A stretch of 64,000 nucleotides of DNA from NCBI GenBank assembly GCA_015058205.1, contig SVCS01000002.1, positions 6,396 to 70,395 on the forward strand. The letters run 5' to 3'. Position 1 is the stretch's first letter. Each line of letters opens with the position of its first letter. The translations under genes and the position numbers were made by a program. Below the pieces are notes generated by a model that was not told where the DNA came from, ran no database searches, and saw nothing but the letters and a program-made list of their open reading frames with translations. Source of the DNA: Clostridiales bacterium (GTDB lineage: Bacteria > Bacillota > Clostridia > Peptostreptococcales > Anaerovoracaceae). Below are positions 54,734-63,238 of the stretch, one piece after another.

Positions 54734-56731
54734 ATGAAGAAAAGACCGAAATTGAGAACCCTGATTTGTATGATGATTATACTGACAATGATCATCGTAG
54801 TTCCTATAGGCACGGCAGAATCTTCTTTTGCTGCGAAGAAAAAAACAGCAGCTCCAAAACTGAAGACCCTGCAGTATTATCAGAACGCAAATGGATCTTA
54901 TAGTGCTACACTAACTTGGTATTCAAAAAAAGGATACACCTACCAGATATTGAGAAAGGCTCCGGGAGGAAAATACAAGGTTATTGCCAAGAAAAAAGCA
55001 AAGGGTAAAACAACCAAGTATGTCAACAAAAAAATCGGAGCGAATAAGACATACATTTATTCTGTACGTCAGTACAAGGCTAAGCGCAAAAAAAAGATCA
55101 GCAAGTATGATCCTTATGGCCTTCAGTTGATGAAAAGGCCAACAGTTAGCGTAGATTTTCAGAACTTGAAAGCAGTTATCTCCTGGTCTGCCGTTGAGCA
55201 GGCCGATGGTTACTGTGTATATCGGAAAGTTGGATCTGACGGTACCTATCAGAAGATAGCGACCCTTGGTTCATCGGCAAGAAGCTATACAGAGGTATAC
55301 CGTTCTGCAAAAGGAATCTCGTCCAACAAAATTAATGCAGGGCATTTTATCGACCCATCGTACAATTCGCTTCATTACACGGTTCGTCCATATCATGTGT
55401 CAACCTACAAGAATATAAAGAAAACAAGTTGGGGACTATATTCTCGTGACGGTGAGTTTCATCTTGAACCGCCAGTTATTGTCAATCTGACCAAATCCAG
55501 TATTAAGTGGGGAAATGTTCCGAATGCAAAGTCGTACCGCATTCTCAAAAAAAGCAGTCCGAATGGTTCATGGTCGTCGGTCAAAACAGTAACACGCAAA
55601 TCCGGTACAACCATGTCGGCAAGTATGTCTATTAATTCGAACTCATACTATGCAGTGCAGGCAGTTTCTTCAAAAAACGGAAAGAAAGTGTACAGCAAAG
55701 TTGAACCGGGTGCAACCCTAAAATATGCTGGCAGTGAACAAAAGATACTCTATTTTGGGGACAGCATCACCTATGGCTCACCGTATAAAGGAAATACAAC
55801 CAGACACATTTTTTCTTATCCTAATAGAGTACATCTTCTGACTGGAGCGAAGTTCTATAATCCTTCCATTCCAGGGTCTACATATCATTATGCAAAACCT
55901 GATACAGATGAAACCGGAGGACGTTACCGCATGGTTACCGGTGTAGTGGGAAAAATCCGGGATGGGAATAATCCAGATAATTATGTCAAACTGGATACCG
56001 CGAACAAAAAAAGCGTGAACGGAATAAAGGATGGGTCAACTATTTCAGATTACGATGTGGTCATTATGGCGGCTGGAACAAATGATTATCTGGATAATAC
56101 GCCACTAGGCGCTGAGGATTCAGATGATATCAGCACATTTAATGGGTCATTCAATACAATCATGTCTGATATTTCCGCTGCCAGCCAAAAGAGGCTGGAA
56201 AACGGTATGCCTGGAATTCAGGTTGTATTCGTAGATCTCTTTTATAGTGACAGAACTTATCCGAGCAATTATGGAGAACGCAACAACAGGGACGTTACTC
56301 CAAATAAGATAGGACTTACACTTCAAGATTATCAGAAAGAACTTAACAAAGCATATGAAAAATGGTCTGCTGAACCTTCACTCCGCTTATTCCATTTTGA
56401 AACAAGGAAATACGGGATTGTGGATAACAGCAACTGTCCTTACATGGCGTCGGACAACCTTCACTTCACCAAGTATGCTTACGCACAATATGGCAATGCT
56501 CTGGCTGACTTCCTAAGTCAGGTTGTATTCCCAGGTGAACGTGCTTTGCCAGATGATTTTGTCACCACGGAACCAGAAGAAACTACTGTTGTGGACGTAG
56601 ATAATTCCCCTGCTACGAATGAGGCTGAACCACCAGCTGTGGAAGAGGGGAATACTCCTGTCACAGAAGGAGAAGACGACCCTGTTGAGGAAGAAGGGAA
56701 CACTCCTGTCGTTGAAGAAGCGACCCCATAA
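54734..56731 (+). CDS. Secreted protein with Fn3-like modules and an SGNH/GDSL esterase domain
   Basis: Signal peptide. Fn3-like modules are YTYQILRKAPGGKYKVI, GYCVYRKVGSDGTYQKI and SYRILKKSSPNGSW. The SGNH blocks are ILYFGDSITYGSP, MAAGTNDY and SDNLHFT. The acidic C-terminus carries the repeat EEGNTPV. Confidence 0.7.
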   Translation: MKKRPKLRTLICMMIILTMIIVVPIGTAESSFAAKKKTAAPKLKTLQYYQNANGSYSATLTWYSKKGYTYQILRKAPGGKYKVIAKKKAKGKTTKYVNKKIGANKTYIYSVRQYKAKRKKKISKYDPYGLQLMKRPTVSVDFQNLKAVISWSAVEQADGYCVYRKVGSDGTYQKIATLGSSARSYTEVYRSAKGISSNKINAGHFIDPSYNSLHYTVRPYHVSTYKNIKKTSWGLYSRDGEFHLEPPVIVNLTKSSIKWGNVPNAKSYRILKKSSPNGSWSSVKTVTRKSGTTMSASMSINSNSYYAVQAVSSKNGKKVYSKVEPGATLKYAGSEQKILYFGDSITYGSPYKGNTTRHIFSYPNRVHLLTGAKFYNPSIPGSTYHYAKPDTDETGGRYRMVTGVVGKIRDGNNPDNYVKLDTANKKSVNGIKDGSTISDYDVVIMAAGTNDYLDNTPLGAEDSDDISTFNGSFNTIMSDISAASQKRLENGMPGIQVVFVDLFYSDRTYPSNYGERNNRDVTPNKIGLTLQDYQKELNKAYEKWSAEPSLRLFHFETRKYGIVDNSNCPYMASDNLHFTKYAYAQYGNALADFLSQVVFPGERALPDDFVTTEPEETTVVDVDNSPATNEAEPPAVEEGNTPVTEGEDDPVEEEGNTPVVEEATP

Positions 56732-56761
56732 TGAGATAGAGCTATTTCTTATAAATAAAAC

Positions 56762-56803
56762 AGTGCTAGATTGTCTGCTCAAAAAGATGGTCTAGCACTT
56801 TTA
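56762..56803 (+). terminator. Probable terminator at the end of the glycopolymer locus
   Basis: AGTGCTAGA (56762-56770), a 20-nt loop, TCTAGCACT (56791-56799), then a short T-run (TTT). Confidence 0.45.
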
Positions 56804-56811
56804 AGAAGGTA

Positions 56812-57975
56812 ATGCAGAATCAAAACAAACGCCAATATGTCAAATACATCATGTCCCTGGGGCATTTCTGCGCGGATTTCACCCAAGGGACCCTGGCAGC
56901 TGTGCTGCCTTTTCTTATTGCGGCGTATCACTATAACTATGCGACCGCAGCCAGCCTTGTGATGGTGTCCAATCTGATTGGATCTGTAATCCAGCCAGTA
57001 TTTGGCGTTCTCGCAGACAAAGTGGACAAACCGCATCTGCTCACCCTTGGCGTACTGATGGCGGCAGGCGGCATGGCCTCCGTGGGATTCATTCCGAGCT
57101 TTGCCGGCCTTTGCATTGCGGTCATCGTTACGGGTATCGGTGTCGCCATGATTCATCCGCAGGGAGCGAGAATGGTCAACAGGATGGCGGACGAGAGCAA
57201 TATGGGAATGAGCATGGGCGTGTTCTCCTTCGGCGGCAACGTCGGATTCACCTTCGGCCCGATCTGCGCGGCGGCAGCTGTCACCATGCTGGGGCTGAAG
57301 GGAAGTTTGACATTCCTCATTCCGGCGCTGATTTTTACCATCATCATGTGCCTGTTTTACAAAGGCTACGAAGGGGAACAGCAGATGGCACCTCAGGAGG
57401 CGGAGGCATCTGCAAAGGCAGGACAAAAGGATCGTTGGGGCGCCTTCATCAAGATGGGTGTTCTGATCACCGCCCGTTCTATCATCTTCAGCGGTATCAG
57501 TACCTTCCTTATATTATTTGCAATCGACGCATTCGACATCAGCAAGCCAGCCGGCAGCGCGCTGCTGAGCACCTATTACGGCGTGGCAGCACTGAGCTCA
57601 CTGGCTGGCGGCAAACTGGCGGATGTCACAGGATATAAAAAGACACTGGTGCTCGCCAGTGTTATACTGGTAGCGGGCACGGTTGCCTTTGCATTTACAC
57701 ATAGTCTGGCGTTGGCCGTCGTGCTGACGGTCGTCATGGGCGTCGGCAGCAGTCTGGGTTACAGCGCAATGGTGACCCTTGGCCAGCTGTACCTGCCAAA
57801 CCATGTAGGTCTGGCGTCCGGCGTCACGCTGGGATTGTCCGTCAGCATCGGCGGAATCCTGGCACCCGTGCTGGGAATGATCGGCGATATGCATGGACTC
57901 AGAATGGTGTTCTATGTGATGGCCGCACTGTCTGTCATACCGCTTCTTATGTCATTTGTTGTTCCTGAAAGGTAA
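56812..57975 (+). CDS. MFS transporter
   Basis: About 12 TM segments and an MFS loop-2/3-like motif (GVLADKVDKP). Confidence 0.8.
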   Translation: MQNQNKRQYVKYIMSLGHFCADFTQGTLAAVLPFLIAAYHYNYATAASLVMVSNLIGSVIQPVFGVLADKVDKPHLLTLGVLMAAGGMASVGFIPSFAGLCIAVIVTGIGVAMIHPQGARMVNRMADESNMGMSMGVFSFGGNVGFTFGPICAAAAVTMLGLKGSLTFLIPALIFTIIMCLFYKGYEGEQQMAPQEAEASAKAGQKDRWGAFIKMGVLITARSIIFSGISTFLILFAIDAFDISKPAGSALLSTYYGVAALSSLAGGKLADVTGYKKTLVLASVILVAGTVAFAFTHSLALAVVLTVVMGVGSSLGYSAMVTLGQLYLPNHVGLASGVTLGLSVSIGGILAPVLGMIGDMHGLRMVFYVMAALSVIPLLMSFVVPER

Positions 57976-57999
57976 TTCATAGATTCCGAGAGGTAACCT

Positions 58000-58941
58000 T
58001 TGAAAGCACTTAAGCTCAGCGACAAAGCACTTGCACATATACTCATGATTCTGCTCGTCTTCGCCTGGGGATTCGATTACGTCCCGGCGAAGTGGGGGCT
58101 CGCAGTCATGACACCGGAATGTCTCATGTTTTTTAAGTTCGGAATCGGGGCGCTCTTTGTCATACCTCTGAAACTCCTGTCAAAGAACAGGGAACTCTTC
58201 CGGAAGAAGGACATCCCGATTTTCATCGCTTGTGCGATCTTCGGGCAAATCGGTTACTTCGAGTGTGAGTTCAACGCCATGGCGCTGATGCCTGTAGCGC
58301 TCATCACCATCGTACTTGCCTTCACGCCTGTCGTTTCCATCCTTATCGAGAGGGTCCTCTATAAGCGCAAAGCCAACGGCAAGATATACATCGGCATTCT
58401 GGGATGCCTGGTGGGCATCATGCTCGTCGTTGGGGCGGACTTCAGTATCCTGACACAAGGCCGCGGCATCGGCTATCTGCTCGCCGTGGGTGCTGTGCTC
58501 TGTTGGAACATCTACAACTTCATCACCGCAGGACTCAAAGGCTATGACAGTCTGACGTTATCTGTGAATCAGCTGGTCTGCGCGACATTGATGCTCGTAC
58601 CAGCAGCAGTTCATTCTATGCCGCCGGCAAGCGCCTTTTCACCGTTGCTCATCTTCGGCCTGATCTGGATCGGCATCGTCGACAGCGGCTTTGGTTACCT
58701 GATTGTCATCTACGGGCTGAAGAAACTGGGACCGACCACCAATGCGGTCTACTCCAACTTCCTGCCGGTCACTTCCGCATTCTTCGGCGCAATCTTTCTC
58801 GGCGAGACCATTTCATTGCTGCAGATCATCGGCGGCATCATCGTCATCGCCGCAGGCTTCGTCGTCATCCGGGAGAAGGGCAAGATTGATGAGAAGAAAG
58901 GAGAGGATGATGAGAAGAAGGGGACACCTGACGAGAGCTGA
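58000..58941 (+). CDS. EamA/DMT family transporter
   Basis: Ten TM segments in two EamA-like halves, with a charged tail. TTG start after GAGAGG. Confidence 0.75.
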   Translation: MKALKLSDKALAHILMILLVFAWGFDYVPAKWGLAVMTPECLMFFKFGIGALFVIPLKLLSKNRELFRKKDIPIFIACAIFGQIGYFECEFNAMALMPVALITIVLAFTPVVSILIERVLYKRKANGKIYIGILGCLVGIMLVVGADFSILTQGRGIGYLLAVGAVLCWNIYNFITAGLKGYDSLTLSVNQLVCATLMLVPAAVHSMPPASAFSPLLIFGLIWIGIVDSGFGYLIVIYGLKKLGPTTNAVYSNFLPVTSAFFGAIFLGETISLLQIIGGIIVIAAGFVVIREKGKIDEKKGEDDEKKGTPDES

Positions 58942-58983
58942 GATTTTACATTCTTTTTGCATGACTGCGACACATTCAGTAAG

Positions 58984-59067
58984 AAAACACCTGATGATTG
59001 TGATAAAATAACACCGAGAATTCGGAAAACTAAGCTTGAAATCGTTTTCCAGATGATGAGGTGTTTT
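58984..59067 (+). promoter_or_regulatory. Long hairpin / three-way structure whose 3' arm contains the RBS of the downstream gene
   Basis: AAAACACCT (58984-58992) pairs with AGGTGTTTT (59059-59067). The internal hairpins are CCGA-GAAT-TCGG and GGAAAAC-N13-GTTTTCC. The GAGGTG RBS for ATG 59075 lies in the 3' arm and is followed by a T-run. Confidence 0.4.
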
Positions 59068-59074
59068 TCGCAAT

Positions 59075-60130
59075 ATGCGCAAAAAAAGAACCTGGCCTTT
59101 ACTTGTTCTATTGATTTTGTTTCTAATATTTGATGCAATCGGCATCACTGTTTTTTGTATCACGGAGCTGAAGCGGGCGGACAGCCTGGACAGCTACACT
59201 GCGGATACGATTCATTATTTCTACGCAGAAGAACCTGATTCCCTGGATGGCATTTACCTGGGTTCCAGCGCCGCCAATCGGTACTGGTCGCCGGCGGAAG
59301 CCTTTGCAGAAGAGGGAATCTGCATCTATAATCTGGGCACCTACATCCAGCCCTTTGTCGCCACCAGATATCTGATCGAAGAAGCTCTGAAAAGTCAGAC
59401 TGAAATGGACGTGATCGTCGTTGAAGTCCGTAATCTCGTCCGGCCGCCGGACAAATATGATTCCGACGACTTCAAACGTGTCAGCGACTTGATGCCTTAC
59501 TCCTCCAACCGCAGCGATATGATCGAAGCATACCTGGAGTACTGCAAAGAGATTGAGGCGGAAATCGACTACGAAAGCGATGATTACTATGTGCCGGCCG
59601 TCCGCGATGACGGAGAGTGGGCGGAAGATTATGATCTCAGCCTGTTGGAGGACCTGTATGATGACACCAGTATTGAACAGGACAAAGGCTTCAACGCATC
59701 CTTCGATGTGAAGCCGCTCAGTGAGCCGCCGGAGTATACAGACCGGGAGCCTCTCACCAGAACCCAGGAGGAGCTGCTGAGAGAACTACTGTCCTACTGC
59801 CGGGAAATCGAACCGGAGGTCGTTTTCGTATCAGCACCGTTCGCTTCTCTGGGAGGCAGGGAAGGCATGCTCCGGACGGCCCTCGATATCTGTGAGGAAG
59901 AAGGATTCAAAACCCTGGACTTCAACTGCGAACCCCTCCGGAGTCAGCTTGGGACTGATTGGAATCAGGACTTCTACAACGGCAAGCACATGAACTGGTA
60001 CGGCGCCAAGAAATACACGGACTTTGTGGCCGCCTATCTGGCCGAGACATACGACCTTGCCGATCACCGCCAGGAAGCCGGGTATGACAGCTGGAACAAA
60101 GCCGTTGACACATTGCCTGGTTCGCGATAA
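59075..60130 (+). CDS. Membrane-anchored DltD-like / SGNH-fold protein (putative MBOAT partner)
   Basis: N-terminal TM segment. LGSSAANRYW is a candidate nucleophile motif like the GSSE of DltD. The C-terminal DFYNGKHMNWYGAKKYTDFVAAYL...DHRQEAGYDSW resembles the DltD/AlgX-like tail. Confidence 0.5.
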   Translation: MRKKRTWPLLVLLILFLIFDAIGITVFCITELKRADSLDSYTADTIHYFYAEEPDSLDGIYLGSSAANRYWSPAEAFAEEGICIYNLGTYIQPFVATRYLIEEALKSQTEMDVIVVEVRNLVRPPDKYDSDDFKRVSDLMPYSSNRSDMIEAYLEYCKEIEAEIDYESDDYYVPAVRDDGEWAEDYDLSLLEDLYDDTSIEQDKGFNASFDVKPLSEPPEYTDREPLTRTQEELLRELLSYCREIEPEVVFVSAPFASLGGREGMLRTALDICEEEGFKTLDFNCEPLRSQLGTDWNQDFYNGKHMNWYGAKKYTDFVAAYLAETYDLADHRQEAGYDSWNKAVDTLPGSR

Positions 60131-60163
60131 AATGAACGAAATCAAACAGTAACTCTTATTATT

Positions 60164-60190
60164 TTGGAAGAAATCGTTCGATTTTATACT
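60164..60190 (+). promoter_or_regulatory. Promoter with a palindromic operator for the toxin-antitoxin operon
   Basis: TTGGAA (60164-60169), a 15-nt spacer, then TATACT (60185-60190). The spacer is almost entirely the palindrome AAATCG-TT-CGATTT (60171-60184). RBS GGGAGGG follows. Confidence 0.5.
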
Positions 60191-60204
60191 GGGAGGGCGG
60201 TCTG

Positions 60205-60447
60205 ATGATGGTCACGGCGACCGATTTCAAAACGAATCTGGGATACTATCTTTCCCATATCACGCAGGAGGAAGTTACAATCAGCAAAAACGGCAAGCCC
60301 ATTGCCAAGTTAGTACCGTACAAGGAATATGTTTCGGATTCCCTTGTAGGGGTGTTGAACGATGGGAACCTGCCTGAGAGTTTTGATGGTGATTACAGGC
60401 ATCTGATTCGGGAAATGCGGAGGGCGGACTATGAAGATCTTGATTGA
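60205..60447 (+). CDS. Type II antitoxin, Phd/YefM family
   Basis: VTATDFKTNLGYYLSHITQEEVTISKNGKPIAKLVPY is the classical Phd/YefM N-terminus. It overlaps the toxin gene by 17 nt. Confidence 0.8.
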   Translation: MMVTATDFKTNLGYYLSHITQEEVTISKNGKPIAKLVPYKEYVSDSLVGVLNDGNLPESFDGDYRHLIREMRRADYEDLD

Positions 60448-60835
60448 CACGAATGTCATACTAGACGTCCTGTTCGCCAGAGATCCCTTTGTAGCTGATT
60501 CCATCACTGTGCTTCATATGTGCGAGGATGATTTTGCAGAAGCATTTGTGTCCGCGAAGACGATGGCTGACGTATACTATTTTCTGCGGAAACAATGCAA
60601 AAGCGAGAAGAAAGTACGCGGGGTGATGCAGAAAATAATGTCTATCGTCACAGTCTGTGGTCTGAAGGCACAGTATTTCGAGGATGCATTCGCCATGGAG
60701 AATGATGATTTCGAAGATGCGCTGCAGGCGGCCTGCGCAAAGGCGGAAGGATGCAGGCTAATCATCAGCAGAAACAAGAAGCATTATGATGGCACCGGTG
60801 TGAAATGTCTGACACCGGAAGAATTCGTCATCTGA
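60431..60835 (+). CDS. Type II toxin, PIN domain (VapC-like) ribonuclease
   Basis: MKILIDTNVILDVLF (first Asp), DFEDALQ (acidic pair), LIISRNKKHY. Confidence 0.8.
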   Translation: MKILIDTNVILDVLFARDPFVADSITVLHMCEDDFAEAFVSAKTMADVYYFLRKQCKSEKKVRGVMQKIMSIVTVCGLKAQYFEDAFAMENDDFEDALQAACAKAEGCRLIISRNKKHYDGTGVKCLTPEEFVI

Positions 60836-60871
60836 TCCGAAAGCAATTCATCATTTAAAATAGACTTAATT

Positions 60872-60896
60872 GAGTCGCACCTGCGACTCTTTTTTG
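60872..60896 (+). terminator. Rho-independent terminator after the TA operon
   Basis: GAGTCGC-ACCT-GCGACTC followed by TTTTTT. An extended -10 element TGTTATAAT (60895-60903) follows immediately. Confidence 0.7.
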
Positions 60897-60912
60897 TTAT
60901 AATACATTCCGT

Positions 60913-62283
60913 ATGGACGTTAGAGAAAACACGGAAAACAATTTAACAACGGATACTGCCGTAGAAGTCGCTGCAAACGCAGCAAGTGGTGCGGTCACGG
61001 CCGGCAGGCCTAAGATCCGGCGCGTGATCCTCGGCATAGTGATTTTCCTCCTGTGCGCGGGGCTTTTGTTCTGCTATCTGAACAAGGTCTTCAGCATGGG
61101 GGATTCGGACGCCAACCGGCAGACCTTCAAAGCCTTTTACGCGGAGCCGAAGGACACCATCGATGTGATGTATCTGGGGACCAGCGCCTCCAACCGGTAC
61201 TTTATCAACCCGCTGGCCTATGAGGAAGAAGGGATGACCTGCTTCACCATCGCCACCATGGGAATGCCTATGTTCTTTGTACCGGATCTGATCGATGAGG
61301 TCCGGAAGACCCAGGACCCGAAGCTTTATATCATCGAGATGCGGTGGCTGCTGAAGGACAGAGAGCTGATCACCGATGCCCATATCCGCAGGGTGACGGA
61401 CAACCTGAAGTATTCATCGATAAAAAAGGACGCCCTGGAGACTGCCTTTGCAGAAATGGACGGCAGCAAAGGCATGCTGGGTGACATCGGTGAATTGGGT
61501 TTGGATTACTATATCCCGATTCTCAAGTACCACGGCAGACTCGCCGAGGGCAAGATGTCGCCGGGGGACTTTAAACTCACCGCCACAAAGAACAAGACCA
61601 AAGGCTACGTCATGAGTTTCAACACGACCAAGCAGGTGAACCAGTTCCCGGGCAAAGTCTCCGAGAAGCGGGAACCGATGTCGGACATTGCGGAGAAAGC
61701 GCTGAATGAGACGCTGGACAAGTGCGATGAACTCACAAAGGACAGAGATGTGCAAGTCCTGTTCGTCCTCTCGCCGTACTGCTGTCTCAAAGGGCAGAAG
61801 CCGATTTTCAACACAGCCTTTGACATAGTTCGAGAACGCGGCTACACGGTGCTGGATTTCAACAGACCAGAGATGTACGAGGAGCTGGGGCTGGACTTCG
61901 ACAAAGACTACTACAACAGCAAACACGTCAACTACATCGGGGCTGAGAAGTACACGCGCTACCTGACGAAGTATCTGGCTGAGCATTACGATCTGCCGGA
62001 TCACAGAGGAGAGGCGGGATACGAAAGCTGGGAGGATGCCTTTGCAATATATCAGGAATATGTCAGCGGCGGCATCGATACGATTGGCGTGAAAGCCTAC
62101 CGGGGTGGACCGGTGAAAACCATCAAATTCAAAGGCAAAGTCCTGAACAAAAAAGAGATGGAAGCACTGGACGAAGAGAAGGAACAGATCCTGCAGGAAC
62201 GGAATGAGCAGGACGGCGTTCTGGAGGAAGCGGAACAGAAGGAAGCTGAGCAGAATGAAGCTGAAAATACCGAAGAAAAATAA
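60913..62283 (+). CDS. DltD-like / SGNH-fold protein, diverged paralog of 59075-60130
   Basis: LGTSASNRYF, DYYNSKHVNYIGAEKYTRYLTKYLAEHYDLPDHRGEAGYESW and an extra acidic E/Q/K tail. There is no RBS, and the ATG lies only ~10 nt after the TATAAT, so the transcript may be leaderless. Confidence 0.5.
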   Translation: MDVRENTENNLTTDTAVEVAANAASGAVTAGRPKIRRVILGIVIFLLCAGLLFCYLNKVFSMGDSDANRQTFKAFYAEPKDTIDVMYLGTSASNRYFINPLAYEEEGMTCFTIATMGMPMFFVPDLIDEVRKTQDPKLYIIEMRWLLKDRELITDAHIRRVTDNLKYSSIKKDALETAFAEMDGSKGMLGDIGELGLDYYIPILKYHGRLAEGKMSPGDFKLTATKNKTKGYVMSFNTTKQVNQFPGKVSEKREPMSDIAEKALNETLDKCDELTKDRDVQVLFVLSPYCCLKGQKPIFNTAFDIVRERGYTVLDFNRPEMYEELGLDFDKDYYNSKHVNYIGAEKYTRYLTKYLAEHYDLPDHRGEAGYESWEDAFAIYQEYVSGGIDTIGVKAYRGGPVKTIKFKGKVLNKKEMEALDEEKEQILQERNEQDGVLEEAEQKEAEQNEAENTEEK

Positions 62284-62300
62284 GCAGCCAAAAGCTGCAA

Positions 62301-62354
62301 GCAATACAGAAACAAATAGTAATACAGAAACAAAAAGCAATGCAGAAACGAGGA
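62301..62354 (+). repeat. Three tandem 18-nt units upstream of the MoxR gene
   Basis: GCAATACAGAAACAAATA / GTAATACAGAAACAAAAA / GCAATGCAGAAACGAGGA. The last unit contains the AGGAG RBS. Confidence 0.7.
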
Positions 62355-62362
62355 GCAGTAAG

Positions 62363-63208
62363 ATGACGAAAGATATGAATGTCTTCAAAGGAAGCGACAA
62401 TTACGTAGTAACCGACGAGCTGATGAACGCTGTCAATGTGTCCATCGCCCTGAAGAAGCCTTTGCTGATCAAGGGCGAACCGGGAACAGGCAAGACCATG
62501 CTGGCCGAAGCCATCGCGGAATCTCTGGACATGCCGCTCATCATATGGAGCATCAAGTCCACCACAAAAGCACAGGACGGACTCTACGTCTACGACACCG
62601 TGCAAAGGCTATATGACTCACAATTCGGCGAAGGTGATGTCAAGAACATCGGTCAGTATATCAAACTGGGCAAGCTGGGCGAAGCGTTTACATCCGACCA
62701 GCAGGTCGTCCTGCTGATCGACGAAATCGACAAAGCGGACCTGGAGTTCCCGAACGACCTGCTTTGGGAGCTGGACAAGATGGAATTCTACATCAACGAG
62801 ACGAAGGAGACCGTCACAGCCAAGCACCGTCCAATCGTCATCATTACATCCAACGCAGAGAAAGAACTGCCGGACGCATTTTTGCGCCGCTGCATTTTCC
62901 ACTATATCGAATTCCCGGATGCCGAAAAGATGGAAGAAATCATCCGCGTGCACTACGGGGACATCGACAAGAAGCTCGTAGAGAATGCGCTGGAAGCATT
63001 CTACAAAATCCGCGATATGAAGGATCTGCAGAAGAGACCATCCACTTCAGAACTGCTCGACTGGATTCAGGCTCTCATGATCAGCGGCGTCAGCATTACG
63101 GATTTGTATGAAGAGATGCCGTTCCTGGGCGTGCTTCTGAAGAAGAACCAGGACATTGATGTGTTTGCAGAAATCAGAGAGAAAGGCTACAGCCTGAGGA
63201 ATTGGTAA
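62363..63208 (+). CDS. MoxR/CoxD-like AAA+ ATPase
   Basis: Walker A is LLIKGEPGTGKTMLAEAIA and Walker B is VVLLIDEIDKA. The sensor region is IVIITSNAEKELPDAFLRRC. ATG 62363 follows AGGAG; the track's upstream extension is low-complexity repeat translation. Confidence 0.85.
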   Translation: MTKDMNVFKGSDNYVVTDELMNAVNVSIALKKPLLIKGEPGTGKTMLAEAIAESLDMPLIIWSIKSTTKAQDGLYVYDTVQRLYDSQFGEGDVKNIGQYIKLGKLGEAFTSDQQVVLLIDEIDKADLEFPNDLLWELDKMEFYINETKETVTAKHRPIVIITSNAEKELPDAFLRRCIFHYIEFPDAEKMEEIIRVHYGDIDKKLVENALEAFYKIRDMKDLQKRPSTSELLDWIQALMISGVSITDLYEEMPFLGVLLKKNQDIDVFAEIREKGYSLRNW

Positions 63209-63238
63209 GGCGCAGGCCGTCACGGCCGCGATTGATAT

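Noticed and set aside
37392-56750. The AT-rich block as a mobile genomic island.
   Set aside because: I could find no integrase, transposase, recombinase, tRNA target or flanking direct repeats in the window. Cassette exchange by homologous recombination within a glycopolymer locus is the more economical reading.
62204-62362. Upstream extension of the MoxR ORF (53 extra aa, overlapping the previous gene by 80 nt).
   Set aside because: The extension translates the 18-nt tandem repeats into low-complexity SNTETNSNTETKSNAET. ATG 62363 has a proper AGGAG RBS and gives the normal MoxR N-terminus.
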